Assembly (NCBI GenBank): GCA_001464215.1
Contig: LNEZ01000024.1
Location: 6,136-70,135, forward strand
Direction of reading: 5' to 3'
Origin: Rhizobiales bacterium Ga0077548
GTDB taxonomy: Bacteria; Pseudomonadota; Alphaproteobacteria; Rhizobiales; Xanthobacteraceae
DNA: 64,000 nucleotides
Part shown: positions 32,157 to 45,000 of the stretch, in pieces
Position numbering within the stretch: the first letter of the stretch is position 1
Layout of the letters: every line of letters starts with the position of its first letter
Translations under genes and position numbers: made by a program
The notes under the pieces: model-generated
Told to the model about the DNA's origin: nothing
Database searches by the model: none
What the model saw: only the letters and a program-made list of their open reading frames with translations

Positions 32157-33422
32157 ATGGCTACCGACCCGCATCGCGCAATTGTCGCCGTCTTCAATAT
32201 CGAACGGCCGAAGTTGATCGCCTCGCTGACCCGCATCACCCGTGATGTCGGAGTCTCGGAGGAACTCGCACAGGATGCTTTCGCGACCGCGCTTGAGGAG
32301 TGGCCGAAGTCCGGCGTGCCTTCAAATCCCGCTGCGTGGCTGATGCTGACGGCAAAGCGCAAGGCGCTGGACGCGCATCGGCGCAAACAACTGGCAGCGA
32401 AAAAATACGACGAACTCGGCCGCGAACTGCGCGAAGAAGAAAACACGCCGCCCGATCTCGATGCCGCGCTCGATGACGACATCGGAGACGATATGTTGCG
32501 GCTGATTTTCACGGCTTGTCATCCAGTACTGAGTCCGGAAGCGCGTGTCGCGCTCACGCTTCGTCTGCTGGGCGGACTGACGACGGACGAAATCGCACGC
32601 GCCTTCATCGTACCCGAGCCGACCGTCGCGCAGCGTATTGTCCGCGCGAAGAAAACGCTCACTGAGAAAGAGGTCGTCTACGAAGTCCCGCATGGAGAGG
32701 AATTATCCGAGCGTCTCGTGACCGTATTCGAAGTGATCTACCTCATCTTCAACGAAGGCTATGCCGCAACGTCCGGCGAGAACTGGATGCGGCCGCAGTT
32801 GTGCGAGGAGGCGCTGCGCCTTGGCCGCGTGCTCGCGGAGCTAGCGCCATACGAACCGGAAATTCACGGCCTTGTCGCGCTGATAGAATTGCAGATGTCT
32901 CGTTTCGCGGCACGGGTAGATACGAACGGCGAGGCAATTTTGCTACTCGACCAGAACCGCACCCACTGGGACCGCCTGCTGATCCGCCGTGGCCTGCAAG
33001 CCATCGCTCGCGCGCACGACGCCTGCGCAAAACTGTCGCGCCTGCCCGGCACTTATCTCTTGCAGGCCGAACTCGCCGCTTGTCACGCCCGCGCGAACAG
33101 GCCGGAGGACACGGACTGGGCAAAAATCGTCGGCATCTATGGCGCCCTTAGCGCGCTCTCGCCCTCGCCTATCATCGAACTCAACCGCGCGGTCGCGATA
33201 GGTATGTTGATGGGCCCGCAAGCCGGGCTTGAGATCGTCGATGCGCTCGCGAAGGAGCACACGCTCAAAAACTATTATCTCTTGCCGGCCGTTCGCGGGG
33301 ATCTGCTCGCGAAGCTCAATCGCAAAAACGAGGCGCGGAAAGAGTTCGAGCGCGCGGCGGAGATGACGCAGAACGAGAAGGAGCGCGCGGTGATGCGGAA
33401 GCGCGCGAGAGAAGCCGGGTAA
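32157..33422 (+). CDS. ECF sigma factor with long C-terminal (TPR-like) extension, ECF42-like
   Basis: 421-aa ORF with sigma2/sigma4 regions (EELAQDAFATALEEWPKSGVPSNPAAWLMLTAKRKALD; LRLLGGLTTDEIARAFIVPEPTVAQRIVRAKKTL) plus a C-terminal domain of about 220 aa. Directly downstream of the YciI gene. Confidence 0.85.
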   Translation: MATDPHRAIVAVFNIERPKLIASLTRITRDVGVSEELAQDAFATALEEWPKSGVPSNPAAWLMLTAKRKALDAHRRKQLAAKKYDELGRELREEENTPPDLDAALDDDIGDDMLRLIFTACHPVLSPEARVALTLRLLGGLTTDEIARAFIVPEPTVAQRIVRAKKTLTEKEVVYEVPHGEELSERLVTVFEVIYLIFNEGYAATSGENWMRPQLCEEALRLGRVLAELAPYEPEIHGLVALIELQMSRFAARVDTNGEAILLLDQNRTHWDRLLIRRGLQAIARAHDACAKLSRLPGTYLLQAELAACHARANRPEDTDWAKIVGIYGALSALSPSPIIELNRAVAIGMLMGPQAGLEIVDALAKEHTLKNYYLLPAVRGDLLAKLNRKNEARKEFERAAEMTQNEKERAVMRKRAREAG

Positions 33423-33439
33423 AACCGGGCCTTTTCTTT

Positions 33440-33454
33440 GTTCTCTTTTTGTTC
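33440..33454 (+). promoter_or_regulatory. alphaproteobacterial LexA (SOS) box GTTC-N7-GTTC
   Basis: GTTCtctttttGTTC lies 34 nt upstream of the Y-family polymerase ATG. Confidence 0.55.
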
Positions 33455-33487
33455 TAATATGCCCGGCCTTCACAAGAGTGCCGCGTC

Positions 33488-34732
33488 ATGGGCCGTTTCA
33501 GCTACCTGACCATCGACTTCAACTCGTATTTTGCGAGCGTCGAGCAGCAGATGGAGCGGCGCCTGCGCGGCCGCCCGGTCGCGGTGGTGCCGATCGCCAA
33601 TACCGACAAGACCTGCGCGATTGCCGCGAGCTACGAAGCGAAAGCCTTCGGCGTGAAGACCGGCACCCGCATCTGGGAAGCGAAGGAGCTATGCCCGGAT
33701 CTGATCTGCGTGCCCGCGCGCCATGACCTCTATGTCGATGTGCATGAAAAACTCAAAGAGCAGGTCGAGAACAACGCACCGATTTTATTCACCGGCTCGA
33801 TCGACGAATTCACCTGCAAGCTGATCGGCGACGAATGCGAGCCGGACCACGCACGCAGGATCGCGCGCAGCATCAAGACAAGCATCCGCGACAATGTCGG
33901 CATTTGCCTGACCTCCTCCATCGGCATTGCGCCGACCAAGCTGCTTTCAAAAATCGCTTCCGATATGCAAAAGCCCGACGGCCTCGTGCTGATCGAGCAG
34001 AAAGACCTGCCGCATATACTCCACCCGCTACAACTCACCGACCTTCCCGGCATCGCGCGGGGGATGGAAGCGCGGCTGCATCGCGGCGGGGTGCGCGACA
34101 TCGCGTCCCTGCTTTCGCTGGAGCCTAAGGAAGCGCGGCATATCTGGGGTTCGGTCGGCGGAGAGCGTTACTGGTACGAATTACAGGGCGTCGATATTCC
34201 GCGGCTTGAAGGCGGCCGCCGCACCATCGGCCACTCGCGCGTACTCTCGCCGGATATGCGCACTCCCGGCCGCACCCGCATCGTAAGCCGCGCGCTTTTG
34301 ATGAAGGCCGGAACGAGGTTGCGCCGCTACGGCCTTGCCGCAAGCGCGCTTGGTTTATCCGCACGCCGCGCACACCAGCCGAGCCTGGTCGCAGAAACCA
34401 CTTTTTCTCCGACCCAGGACTCTTTCACGCTGTTAGAGACGCTTGACGATCTTTGGCGAAAGTTTCCCCGCTCGCGCGAGCCGTTCAAGAAAGTATCGAT
34501 CTGGATTTCGCGTCTGACACCGGTCGATACGCGCCCGCGCGACCTATTCATCGAAACCCGGCCGGACGGCTTCACCAAGAAAGAAGTGCTCTGGCGCTCG
34601 GTGGACAAGCTCGTCGCCCGCTACGGCCGTGAAACAGTTACGCTCGCTTCGCAAAAAGACCTCGGCCTGCAATATCTCGGCGCCAAGATCGCATTCACGC
34701 GCGTGCCGGATGCGCAGGAGTTTCGGGAGTAA
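33488..34732 (+). CDS. Y-family DNA polymerase (DinB/UmuC-like)
   Basis: 414-aa ORF with N-terminus YLTIDFNSYFASVEQQMERRLRGRPVAVVP ... ASYEAKAFGVKTG ... SIDEF ... SSIGIAPTKLLSKIASDMQKPDGL. Confidence 0.85.
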   Translation: MGRFSYLTIDFNSYFASVEQQMERRLRGRPVAVVPIANTDKTCAIAASYEAKAFGVKTGTRIWEAKELCPDLICVPARHDLYVDVHEKLKEQVENNAPILFTGSIDEFTCKLIGDECEPDHARRIARSIKTSIRDNVGICLTSSIGIAPTKLLSKIASDMQKPDGLVLIEQKDLPHILHPLQLTDLPGIARGMEARLHRGGVRDIASLLSLEPKEARHIWGSVGGERYWYELQGVDIPRLEGGRRTIGHSRVLSPDMRTPGRTRIVSRALLMKAGTRLRRYGLAASALGLSARRAHQPSLVAETTFSPTQDSFTLLETLDDLWRKFPRSREPFKKVSIWISRLTPVDTRPRDLFIETRPDGFTKKEVLWRSVDKLVARYGRETVTLASQKDLGLQYLGAKIAFTRVPDAQEFRE

Positions 34733-34942
34733 AGCCGGTCTTGCCGCCGGCAATGTGAACGCTTGTTCACCAGAGCGCTGCTCAAACAAGCAGCGCAACG
34801 TCTCTATGTCCCTTTCTAAAGTTTAATGCGGTGTTCTGCACAACGCGGGAACTACGCCACATTTTGCGCGTTGTATCGACGCTTCACGGCAATTCCCGAA
34901 ACTGCGCGCGGGCCGTGTTACCGCGCATCACTGGACCCGCGT

Positions 34943-36409
34943 ATGGCTTTCGTGCGCCTGCCCCTGCTTCGTGTCTCGCCTGCGATGATCGCTGCTTTTC
35001 TGGCGGCGATTTTGCTGCTCATTGCGCCGGCAATCTGGAATCGTTTTCCGTTCCTGTTCTTCGATAGCGGCGCCTATTTCGAACGCACCTTCGATGGCAG
35101 CTTGAGTGCCGGGCGTTCGATGGCATACGGCGCGTGGCTCGCGGCTCTGCGCCTTCCTAATTTCTGGCCGGTCGCGATCGCGCAATCCGCGCTCAGCGTC
35201 TGGCTGATCTATCTCATGCTCCGCACGCACGGGCTTCGTGCGCGGCCTGTCGCGCTGCCGGTGACGCTCCTGCTGATCGTGGCATTTCTGGCCATTGCGA
35301 CGGCCCTACCCTGGTTCGCAGGTCAGTTGATGCCGGATCTGTTCGCGGGCTTGGCTGTGCTTTCGTTTTATCTGATCGTCTTCAAGCGCGAAGAACTGCA
35401 TCGGGTCGAGCGCTACGCCTTGATTGCGCTGATCGTGTTCGCGGGTGCTGCGCATAACGCAACCTTCGCGGTGATGATAGCGCTCACCGCTGCGGCCGCA
35501 TTCTTTTTTGTGATCAATCGCGGCATCGTCAAAGCCGCCGGGCTGAAACTTGCAGCAGTCGCGGTTCTCTTGACGGCACTTACGGTACCTTCTTTGAACT
35601 TTTCGTTCTCAGGCCAATTCGCTTGGACGCCGGGCGGGGCGAGCTTCATCTTCAGCCGTCTCGTGCAGGACGGCATCGTCGCGCGCTATCTCGCGGACAA
35701 CTGCCCGGACCGCACAATCAAGCTCTGCAAGTTCGAAAAACAGATACCGAAAACAGCCGACGACTTCCTCTGGCACCAAGGTCCGAAAGGCCCATTCGTC
35801 TCGATCGGCGGCTGGGTCGATGGCGCCGAGGAAATGAAGCGCATCACGCTCGACAGCCTGCTCCAGTATCCGGGTATGCATATCCGCACCGCGCTCTATT
35901 CCACGGGCTTGCAACTCGTGCGCGTGAAATCCGGCGACGGTCTCGTGCGCGAGGTCTGGAGCGCCTACGAAGCGATCCAGCGCCTGGCGCCGGAAATGAA
36001 TGTAGCGGTGAATACCTCGCGGCAGCGCTTCAACCTGATCGGCAGAACGATTGAATCGTTCAACACGTTTCATGTGCCGCTGGCGCTTGGCGCAATGGCG
36101 TTGCTGCCTCTGCTTCTGCTGCTCGCGTGGCGGCGCGGAAGCCTGCGGGACACCGACTTGCTCGCGGCAACGCTTCTGCTTGCGCTGCTCGCCAATGCCT
36201 TCGTGACCGGCGTGCTGTCAAACCCGCATCACCGCTACGGTGCGCGCGTTGCATGGATAGCCCCGTTCGTGTGGTCGCTCGTGCTGATACAACTATTGGT
36301 TCTGCGGCGTGAATGGCAGCCCGTTATGACAAACTGGCTGATTGCGCTCGGCCTGTTGCCGAAACCCGCGACGATCGAGATTCCGGTGGAGCCGAACGAG
36401 AAGCGTTAG
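34943..36409 (+). CDS. polytopic membrane protein, function unknown (possibly GT-C-like glycosyltransferase)
   Basis: Frame of ORF 34826-36409, with ATG 34943. Many TM helices surround a central soluble loop. No catalytic motif recognised. Confidence 0.55.
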   Translation: MAFVRLPLLRVSPAMIAAFLAAILLLIAPAIWNRFPFLFFDSGAYFERTFDGSLSAGRSMAYGAWLAALRLPNFWPVAIAQSALSVWLIYLMLRTHGLRARPVALPVTLLLIVAFLAIATALPWFAGQLMPDLFAGLAVLSFYLIVFKREELHRVERYALIALIVFAGAAHNATFAVMIALTAAAAFFFVINRGIVKAAGLKLAAVAVLLTALTVPSLNFSFSGQFAWTPGGASFIFSRLVQDGIVARYLADNCPDRTIKLCKFEKQIPKTADDFLWHQGPKGPFVSIGGWVDGAEEMKRITLDSLLQYPGMHIRTALYSTGLQLVRVKSGDGLVREVWSAYEAIQRLAPEMNVAVNTSRQRFNLIGRTIESFNTFHVPLALGAMALLPLLLLLAWRRGSLRDTDLLAATLLLALLANAFVTGVLSNPHHRYGARVAWIAPFVWSLVLIQLLVLRREWQPVMTNWLIALGLLPKPATIEIPVEPNEKR

Positions 36410-37104
36410 GACTTTGCGATCTGGTCGAGGATTTCGGCGAGCGCTTCCGGCGCGGTGACGTGCGGCGAGTGGCTCGCATCCATCTCGAAATTTTGCCAGC
36501 CTTCTTTCTTCGCGCGCTCGAGAAACGGCCGGAACGGATCGCCGGGATTGTGCCGCTGCGCATAAATATAAGTGCGCGGCATTTTCGGCTCACCGTTCTC
36601 GAGCAATAGCGGCTCCTGAAAACACGCGAGCGGCTGATGCACGCGGCGCGGAGTGATCCAGTCAATGTCGCGCGGGCTCGTATCCGGCGGCGGCGGCGAT
36701 GGCGGCAGTTTCCAACCGTCGACCACGCCGGCGAGTCTGCGCTCCCGCTCTTCAGGAGAAACCATGTCGAGCACACTCTGACCGTGCGTCGGCACGAAAG
36801 CGTCGAGATAGACCAGTTTCGAAATACGCTCGGCCGCGAGATCGGCAACACCGGTCGCAACCATGCCGCCGTAAGAGTGCCCGATCAGGATCGCGTTGCG
36901 CGCGTCCTCCATCTGCAGGACCATCAGAATGTCCTGAATATGGCTCTCAAGGCCAATGGACGAAGACGCAAGATGCACACGCTCGCCAAGCCCCGTGTAA
37001 GTCGGCGTGATGAGTTCGTGGCCCTTCGCGTGCATAAGCGGATGCATTTTCTTCCACACCCAGCCCGCGGACCATGCACCATGCGCGACGACGAAGGTGG
37101 CCAT
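36406..37104 (-). CDS. alpha/beta hydrolase (esterase-like)
   Basis: Frame of ORF 36406-37170. ATG 37104 has RBS GGGAGA. Reads MATFVVAHGAWSAGWVWKKM..., with nucleophile elbow GHSYGG. Confidence 0.8.
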   Translation of the reverse strand: MATFVVAHGAWSAGWVWKKMHPLMHAKGHELITPTYTGLGERVHLASSSIGLESHIQDILMVLQMEDARNAILIGHSYGGMVATGVADLAAERISKLVYLDAFVPTHGQSVLDMVSPEERERRLAGVVDGWKLPPSPPPPDTSPRDIDWITPRRVHQPLACFQEPLLLENGEPKMPRTYIYAQRHNPGDPFRPFLERAKKEGWQNFEMDASHSPHVTAPEALAEILDQIAKS

Positions 37105-37114
37105 TGTATTCTCC

Positions 37115-38197
<1,083 letters not shown>

Positions 38198-38251
38198 CTA
38201 CCCCCTCAAATTTCGCAACTTCGATCAACGCAGCACGGCTAATCTCGCTCC

Positions 38252-39106
38252 ATGACCAAGCCCGAAACCCGCATGGATTATGGCCGCCGCATCGCGCGCG
38301 TGACCGATCACATTGCCGAGAACCTGGACAGCGATCTGAAAGTCGAGCGGCTTGCGGAAGTCGCGTATTTCTCGCCGTTCCACTTCCACCGTATCTATCG
38401 CGAGGCGACCGGCGAAACGCTGGCCGATACCGTGCGCCGTTTGCGGCTGCATCGCGCGGCAGTCGATCTCACCCGGGAAGAAACCTCGCTCGAGCGCGTC
38501 GCCAAACGCGCGGGTTACGGCACGCTTGCAGCATTCTCCCGCGCCTTCGCGTCCGACTATGGCGTACCGCCGGGCGCCTATCGTCTGCGCGGGAAACTAC
38601 TGCCGCCTTCGCCCAAACGTCCGAACGAGAACATCATGCTTTATCGCGTCGAGATCGACACTTTCACGGGCGTCCGTTTGGCTGCGATCACGCATCGCGG
38701 CGACTATCAGAAGATCGGCAACAGTTTCGCGCAACTGCAAATATTTTTTTCGGCGCGCGGTTTGCCGCTTTCGCGTTCGTTCGGAATCTACTTCGACGAT
38801 CCGGAAAGCATTCCTGAAAAGGAACTCCATGCCGAAGCCGGACTCGAAACGAGCGCCGAAATTCCAAGCGAAAAAAAGATTCACGAAACGATAATCCCTG
38901 CAATGCTCTGCGCGAGCGTGTTGCACAAGGGTCCCTACGCAGAACTGGAGCGCGCGTACCGCTATCTGTTCCGCGAGTGGCTGCCGTTGAGCGGATACGA
39001 AGCCGCGGACTTCTCCTGCTTCGAAGAATACCTCAACGACCCGCGCGAAACGGCGCCGGGCGAACTCCTCACCCGCGTTCATCTCCCCCTGAAAGGCAAC
39101 CTATGA
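38252..39106 (+). CDS. AraC-family transcriptional regulator with GyrI-like effector domain
   Basis: 284-aa ORF with an AraC HTH (FSPFHFHRIYREATGETLADTVRRLRLHRAA ... GYGTLAAFSRAFASDYGVPPGAYR) and a C-terminal GyrI-like half. Confidence 0.85.
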   Translation: MTKPETRMDYGRRIARVTDHIAENLDSDLKVERLAEVAYFSPFHFHRIYREATGETLADTVRRLRLHRAAVDLTREETSLERVAKRAGYGTLAAFSRAFASDYGVPPGAYRLRGKLLPPSPKRPNENIMLYRVEIDTFTGVRLAAITHRGDYQKIGNSFAQLQIFFSARGLPLSRSFGIYFDDPESIPEKELHAEAGLETSAEIPSEKKIHETIIPAMLCASVLHKGPYAELERAYRYLFREWLPLSGYEAADFSCFEEYLNDPRETAPGELLTRVHLPLKGNL

Positions 39107-39522
39107 AAATCATGGACAGCTATCCGCTGATCACCGTCAAAGATATGCGCGCGAGCCGCGACTTCTTTGTGAAGCATTTCGGCCTCGGCGTGATCTTCGA
39201 AGCCAATTGGGTGACGATGCTCGGCGACACCGAGAGCGGCAAGATCGCGATCGGATTCATGACACCAGACCACCCGACCAATCCGCCGGGACCGGAAGTA
39301 TTCGACGGCAAGGGCATGATCATGACAATTCAGGTCCGCAACGCCGCCAAGGCCTGTGCCGCACTGAAAGAGCAAGGCGTCCACATCTTCTACGATCTGC
39401 ATGACGAACCCTGGGGCCAGCGCCGCTTCACGCTCAATGATCCCTCGGGCGTCATCGTCGATATCGTCGAGCAGACGCGGCCTGCGGAAGGTTATTGGGA
39501 AAAATATATGACCGCCGCATAA
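39103..39522 (+). CDS. VOC-family (glyoxalase/bleomycin-resistance-like) protein
   Basis: Frame of ORF 38977-39522. ATG 39103 overlaps the AraC stop (ATGA). The end reads HDEPWGQRRFTLNDPSGVIVDIV. Confidence 0.75.
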   Translation: MKIMDSYPLITVKDMRASRDFFVKHFGLGVIFEANWVTMLGDTESGKIAIGFMTPDHPTNPPGPEVFDGKGMIMTIQVRNAAKACAALKEQGVHIFYDLHDEPWGQRRFTLNDPSGVIVDIVEQTRPAEGYWEKYMTAA

Positions 39523-39543
39523 CGGCACTCACATAATCGTTGA

Positions 39544-41032
<1,489 letters not shown>

Positions 41033-41110
41033 TCAATGGAGCGCGGACCCGCGCGGAAAAAAGGCCGCCCCCTATATAATGTGCGGCTGCGAATTGCGAG
41101 CCTCGTCAAC

Positions 41111-41452
41111 TTAATCCTTTGCAAGCAAGGTTGCCGCAGCCCGGTTGGCGTCGGCAACGCGCAAAACAAGCCGCTCAACCGCGGAGTTGTCGCCCTGCTC
41201 GATCTTCTCCGCTTCATCGGCGACCGCAAAAGCGCCAATGCCGCGCGCAGCCCCCTTCAGCGCGTGCGCGGCTTCCGACTGCGCTTTGCCCGATGCGGTC
41301 CTGATCGTCTCGAGCAGCGTCAAGGCTTGCGCCTCAAACAGGCCAAGCACTTCGCGCTGAAGCGCGCGATCCCCGAAGGTAACGGCTTCGAAATGCTCGA
41401 TATCGATTGGCGGTTCCATCTGCGGGTTATCGCGCGCGCCGGTAAACGGCAC
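41111..41452 (-). CDS. Hpt-domain phosphotransfer protein
   Basis: 113-aa ORF with the Hpt motif AHALKGAARGIGAFAV. Confidence 0.7.
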   Translation of the reverse strand: MPFTGARDNPQMEPPIDIEHFEAVTFGDRALQREVLGLFEAQALTLLETIRTASGKAQSEAAHALKGAARGIGAFAVADEAEKIEQGDNSAVERLVLRVADANRAAATLLAKD

Positions 41453-41453
41453 C

Positions 41454-41762
41454 TCAAGTTTTCGGCAGCCGCTTGCGCTTGGCGGGGTCGAACCCGAGTA
41501 CGCGGTAACCGTCGTCCGTTAGACGGCACACCAGCCAGTCGGGATGGATCGGGTTTTTGCTCCAGGGTTCCGCCCAGCCATGTTGGAGGCAGGCCCGAAT
41601 GGTGACTTTAGGGATTTCCTGCCCGTCCTCGTCGAATAAAGGCAGTTTGCCGCCGGGCTGGCTGACCCCCCGCTGGAGGTAGCGGCGCTGCGCATCGGAG
41701 CCCCCGGCATCGCTATGCCAGGGCTTGGGGTCTTGCCCGTTGAGCCGCTTCCCCCGCGCCAT
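41454..41762 (-). CDS. hypothetical protein
   Basis: 102-aa ORF with balanced composition. Its stop abuts the Hpt gene start. Confidence 0.45.
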   Translation of the reverse strand: MARGKRLNGQDPKPWHSDAGGSDAQRRYLQRGVSQPGGKLPLFDEDGQEIPKVTIRACLQHGWAEPWSKNPIHPDWLVCRLTDDGYRVLGFDPAKRKRLPKT

Positions 41763-42017
41763 TGCTCATTCCGTATGGTGAACAAGACGTTAAGCCATTA
41801 ACGATGTTTCTAGACTGGGCGGGATTGCCGTTCCTTTTCCACACGCCAGCGCGGTAAGATAACGCAAGCGGTGGACCGGAGTCCCGGCCGGCCGGCATTT
41901 CTTTTATTTTTGAAAGAAAAGCCGCCTCGGGGCCGAAGAGCGTTGGTCCTTTGAGTAATTTCCGGCCCGAGCGGCATATTGCCGGTCGCGGTTTCGAGTA
42001 CGGACCGGAGGCAAGTT

Positions 42018-45000
42018 GTGAAGAATAAGAAGTCCCAAGATCCGACCGAAGCAGCGCTATCTGCGATCGAAGACGCGTTGAACATCGGCAAGGAAGCTCC
42101 AGAAGTATCGCCGCCGGCAAACGCCGAACGGCGCAACGAGTCCGAGCGCCGCGTTGATGCGCGCGCACAGGAGCCCGCCGGAGAAGTTTTTGCACAGCGC
42201 TCCCGCGGCACCCGCGAGCGTTTGCCTCGCCCCGCCGCGAACGACGACCGCCAGTCGGTCGGCCAGATTTTGCAAGCGCTGCACCGCAAGCCCTCCGGCG
42301 CGCCGGTCATGTTCGCGCTGCTCGGCTCGGTCATCTGGATCATCGGCGGCGCGGCGATTGCCGCGACCCAATTCCGCACCGACAGCGGCGCGGTCATGCG
42401 CTTGAATGAAATTGCTTCGCAGCCGAGCTTCCTGCCCAGCCTCGCCGCGATCTTCCTGCCGCCGCTCCTGTTCTTCATGACGGCGATGCTGATCCGCCGC
42501 TCGCAGGAAATGCGCCACATCTCCCGCGCGATGACCGAAGTCACGTTGCGTCTTGCCGAGCCCGAAGGCGTTTCGACCGACGCCATCGTTTCGGTCGGTC
42601 AGGCGATCCGACGCGAAGTGGCGGCCCTCGGCGACGGCATCGAGCGCGCTATTGCACGCGCTTCCGAACTCGAATCCATGGTGCGCGGCGAAGTCGCGAC
42701 ACTCGAGCGCGCCTATGACGAGAATGAAGGCCGCGTGCGTGCTCTCGTTGGCGAGTTGCACGGCGAGCGCGATGCGATCGTCGAGCATTCCAGCCGCCTG
42801 CGCGACGCAATTGCGAATGCGCATGAAGCATTCTCGTTCGACGTGCAGAACATCGCCGACCGCGTTTCCGGAGCGCTCGATAACGCAACCGGCCGCATCA
42901 CCGACAACATCATGCTGCGCGCCGAAGATGCGCGTACGCAACTGATCGAGTCCGGCAACACGATTATCGACAACCTGACCGAAAAGAGCGCGGAAGCGAA
43001 CCAGCGCCTCCTCGAATCCGGCGGCACGGTCGTCGAAAGCCTTTCCAACAAAAGTGCGGAAGCAACGCAGCGCCTGACGGAAGTCGGCGTGCAGATCGCG
43101 AAAGCCATTGCAGACCGCAACGACAAGGTGTCCGAAGCACTCCAGCAGTCCACCACGGATATGCACGCAAAGCTCGCGGAACGCGCAGCCAGCATCTCGC
43201 AGATGATCGCGGAAAGCGGCCAGACCTTCGAGAACACCATTGGCCAGCAGCTTCAGAACCTCGCGGACAGCGTAGCCACGAAGGGCAACGAGGTCGCAAA
43301 CCGCATCTCAGCGGATTCCGGTGCGCTCAGCGCGAAGATGACCGAGAGCGTGCAGACCTTCGACACCACCGTGAAGGTTCACGGCAACAATCTCGTCAAC
43401 GAGATGAAGAACGCCATCTCCGGCGTCACCGAAGCATCCCGCGACAATCTCGCGGCACTCGATCAGCGCGTGGCGGCCAAGATCGGCGAAGTCTCGGAGC
43501 AGATCGACCAGCGTATCGTCCGGATCGAAAGCACGCTCGACGAGCGTGCGAAGTCACTCAACGAAACGCTCGCGAACCGCACCCTCGACTTCTCCAAGAC
43601 CATCACCGACGGCTCGAAAGCCGCGACCGACGCGGTGGACCAGAGCGTCACCGGCATGGGCGAATACTTTTCGGCGAAGACCGCCGAGATGGCAGCGACC
43701 CTCTCCGAACGGGCGGCCAAGATCGACGAAACGCTCGGCAACCGCGCGATGCAGCTCACCGAAACGCTGGACACCCGCGTCAACAAGTTCGAGGAATTGA
43801 TCGTCACCCGCCTCGAAACCGTGACCAGTTCGATCGAGCAGAAGGGCATCGCCTCGGCGGACCTCCTGGTCGAGCGCGTCAACTCGGTCAACGAACACAT
43901 TCGCGGAACCGCCGCGCAGGTCGAAAAGAATCTCACCGACCTCGCCGACGGCATCACCAAGAACTTCATCGAGCGCGTCAACAACATCTCCGGCTCGCAC
44001 GAAACGCTGCGCACGGAAGTGCGCGACGTTTGTTGCAGGCGGCGATCGACACCGCCTCCTCCACCCTCGGCCCGATCGAAGGCAAGGTTGCAGAGAAGGT
44101 CACGGCTTTCCACCAGACGCTCGAGAACGTCATCAATGCAACGCGCTCGACCGCGGAGCGGATGGACGGCCAGATCCGCGAACTGAACGCATCCTCGAAC
44201 GGCGTGCTGCGTGACGTTTCCAACCTCGCACTGCGCTTCGAAGAGCAGGTTCGCCTCGTGACTTCCACGAGCGACGCGCTCAGCGAAACGCATAAGCGTA
44301 TCGACGACGGCCTCGCTAATCGCCGCGATGCGATCGACCACATCACCGGCATACTTGCCGAACGGACCGGCGATCTCGAAGACCGCCTCACCCGCTTCAA
44401 CAAGATGCTGGAAGACACTTTCGCGCACGCCCAAGGCAAGGCACAGGATGTCGCGCGGATGGTCGCAGAGTCGACCGCTGGCGCAACGCAGTCGATCGCA
44501 CGTCAGTATGAACTGATCCGCAATTCTTCGGGCGAAGAGCGCGAACGGACAAGCGTCGCACTCAAGGACACCTACGACGAGGCAATGCAGTCGGTGAACG
44601 CCATGTTCTCGGAAGCGAATTCCCGCTTCCTCGAGGCGTCCCGCGATCTGCGCGAGATTTCGGACGATATCCAGCGCACGCTCGATACTACCCGTGAGGA
44701 AATCCGCCGTACCGTGTTCGAACTGCCGACCGAGACGAAGGAAAGCGCGAACGCGATGCGCCGCGTTGTCGCCGACCAGATCAAGGCGCTTTCCGAACTC
44801 AACGACATCGTTGCGCGTCACGGCCGCCACACCGACCAGGCCTACGACTATCGCGAAGAGGAAATGGCCGCTGTGGGCGGACGTGCGTCTCCGCGCAACG
44901 CGCTACCGCGCCCGCAATATGACGACGGAGGCAGCCTGCCGCCGGCACCGCCCCCGGCCCCGCCTACCCGCGCACGCGAGGAAACTCCGGTGCCGCAGCG

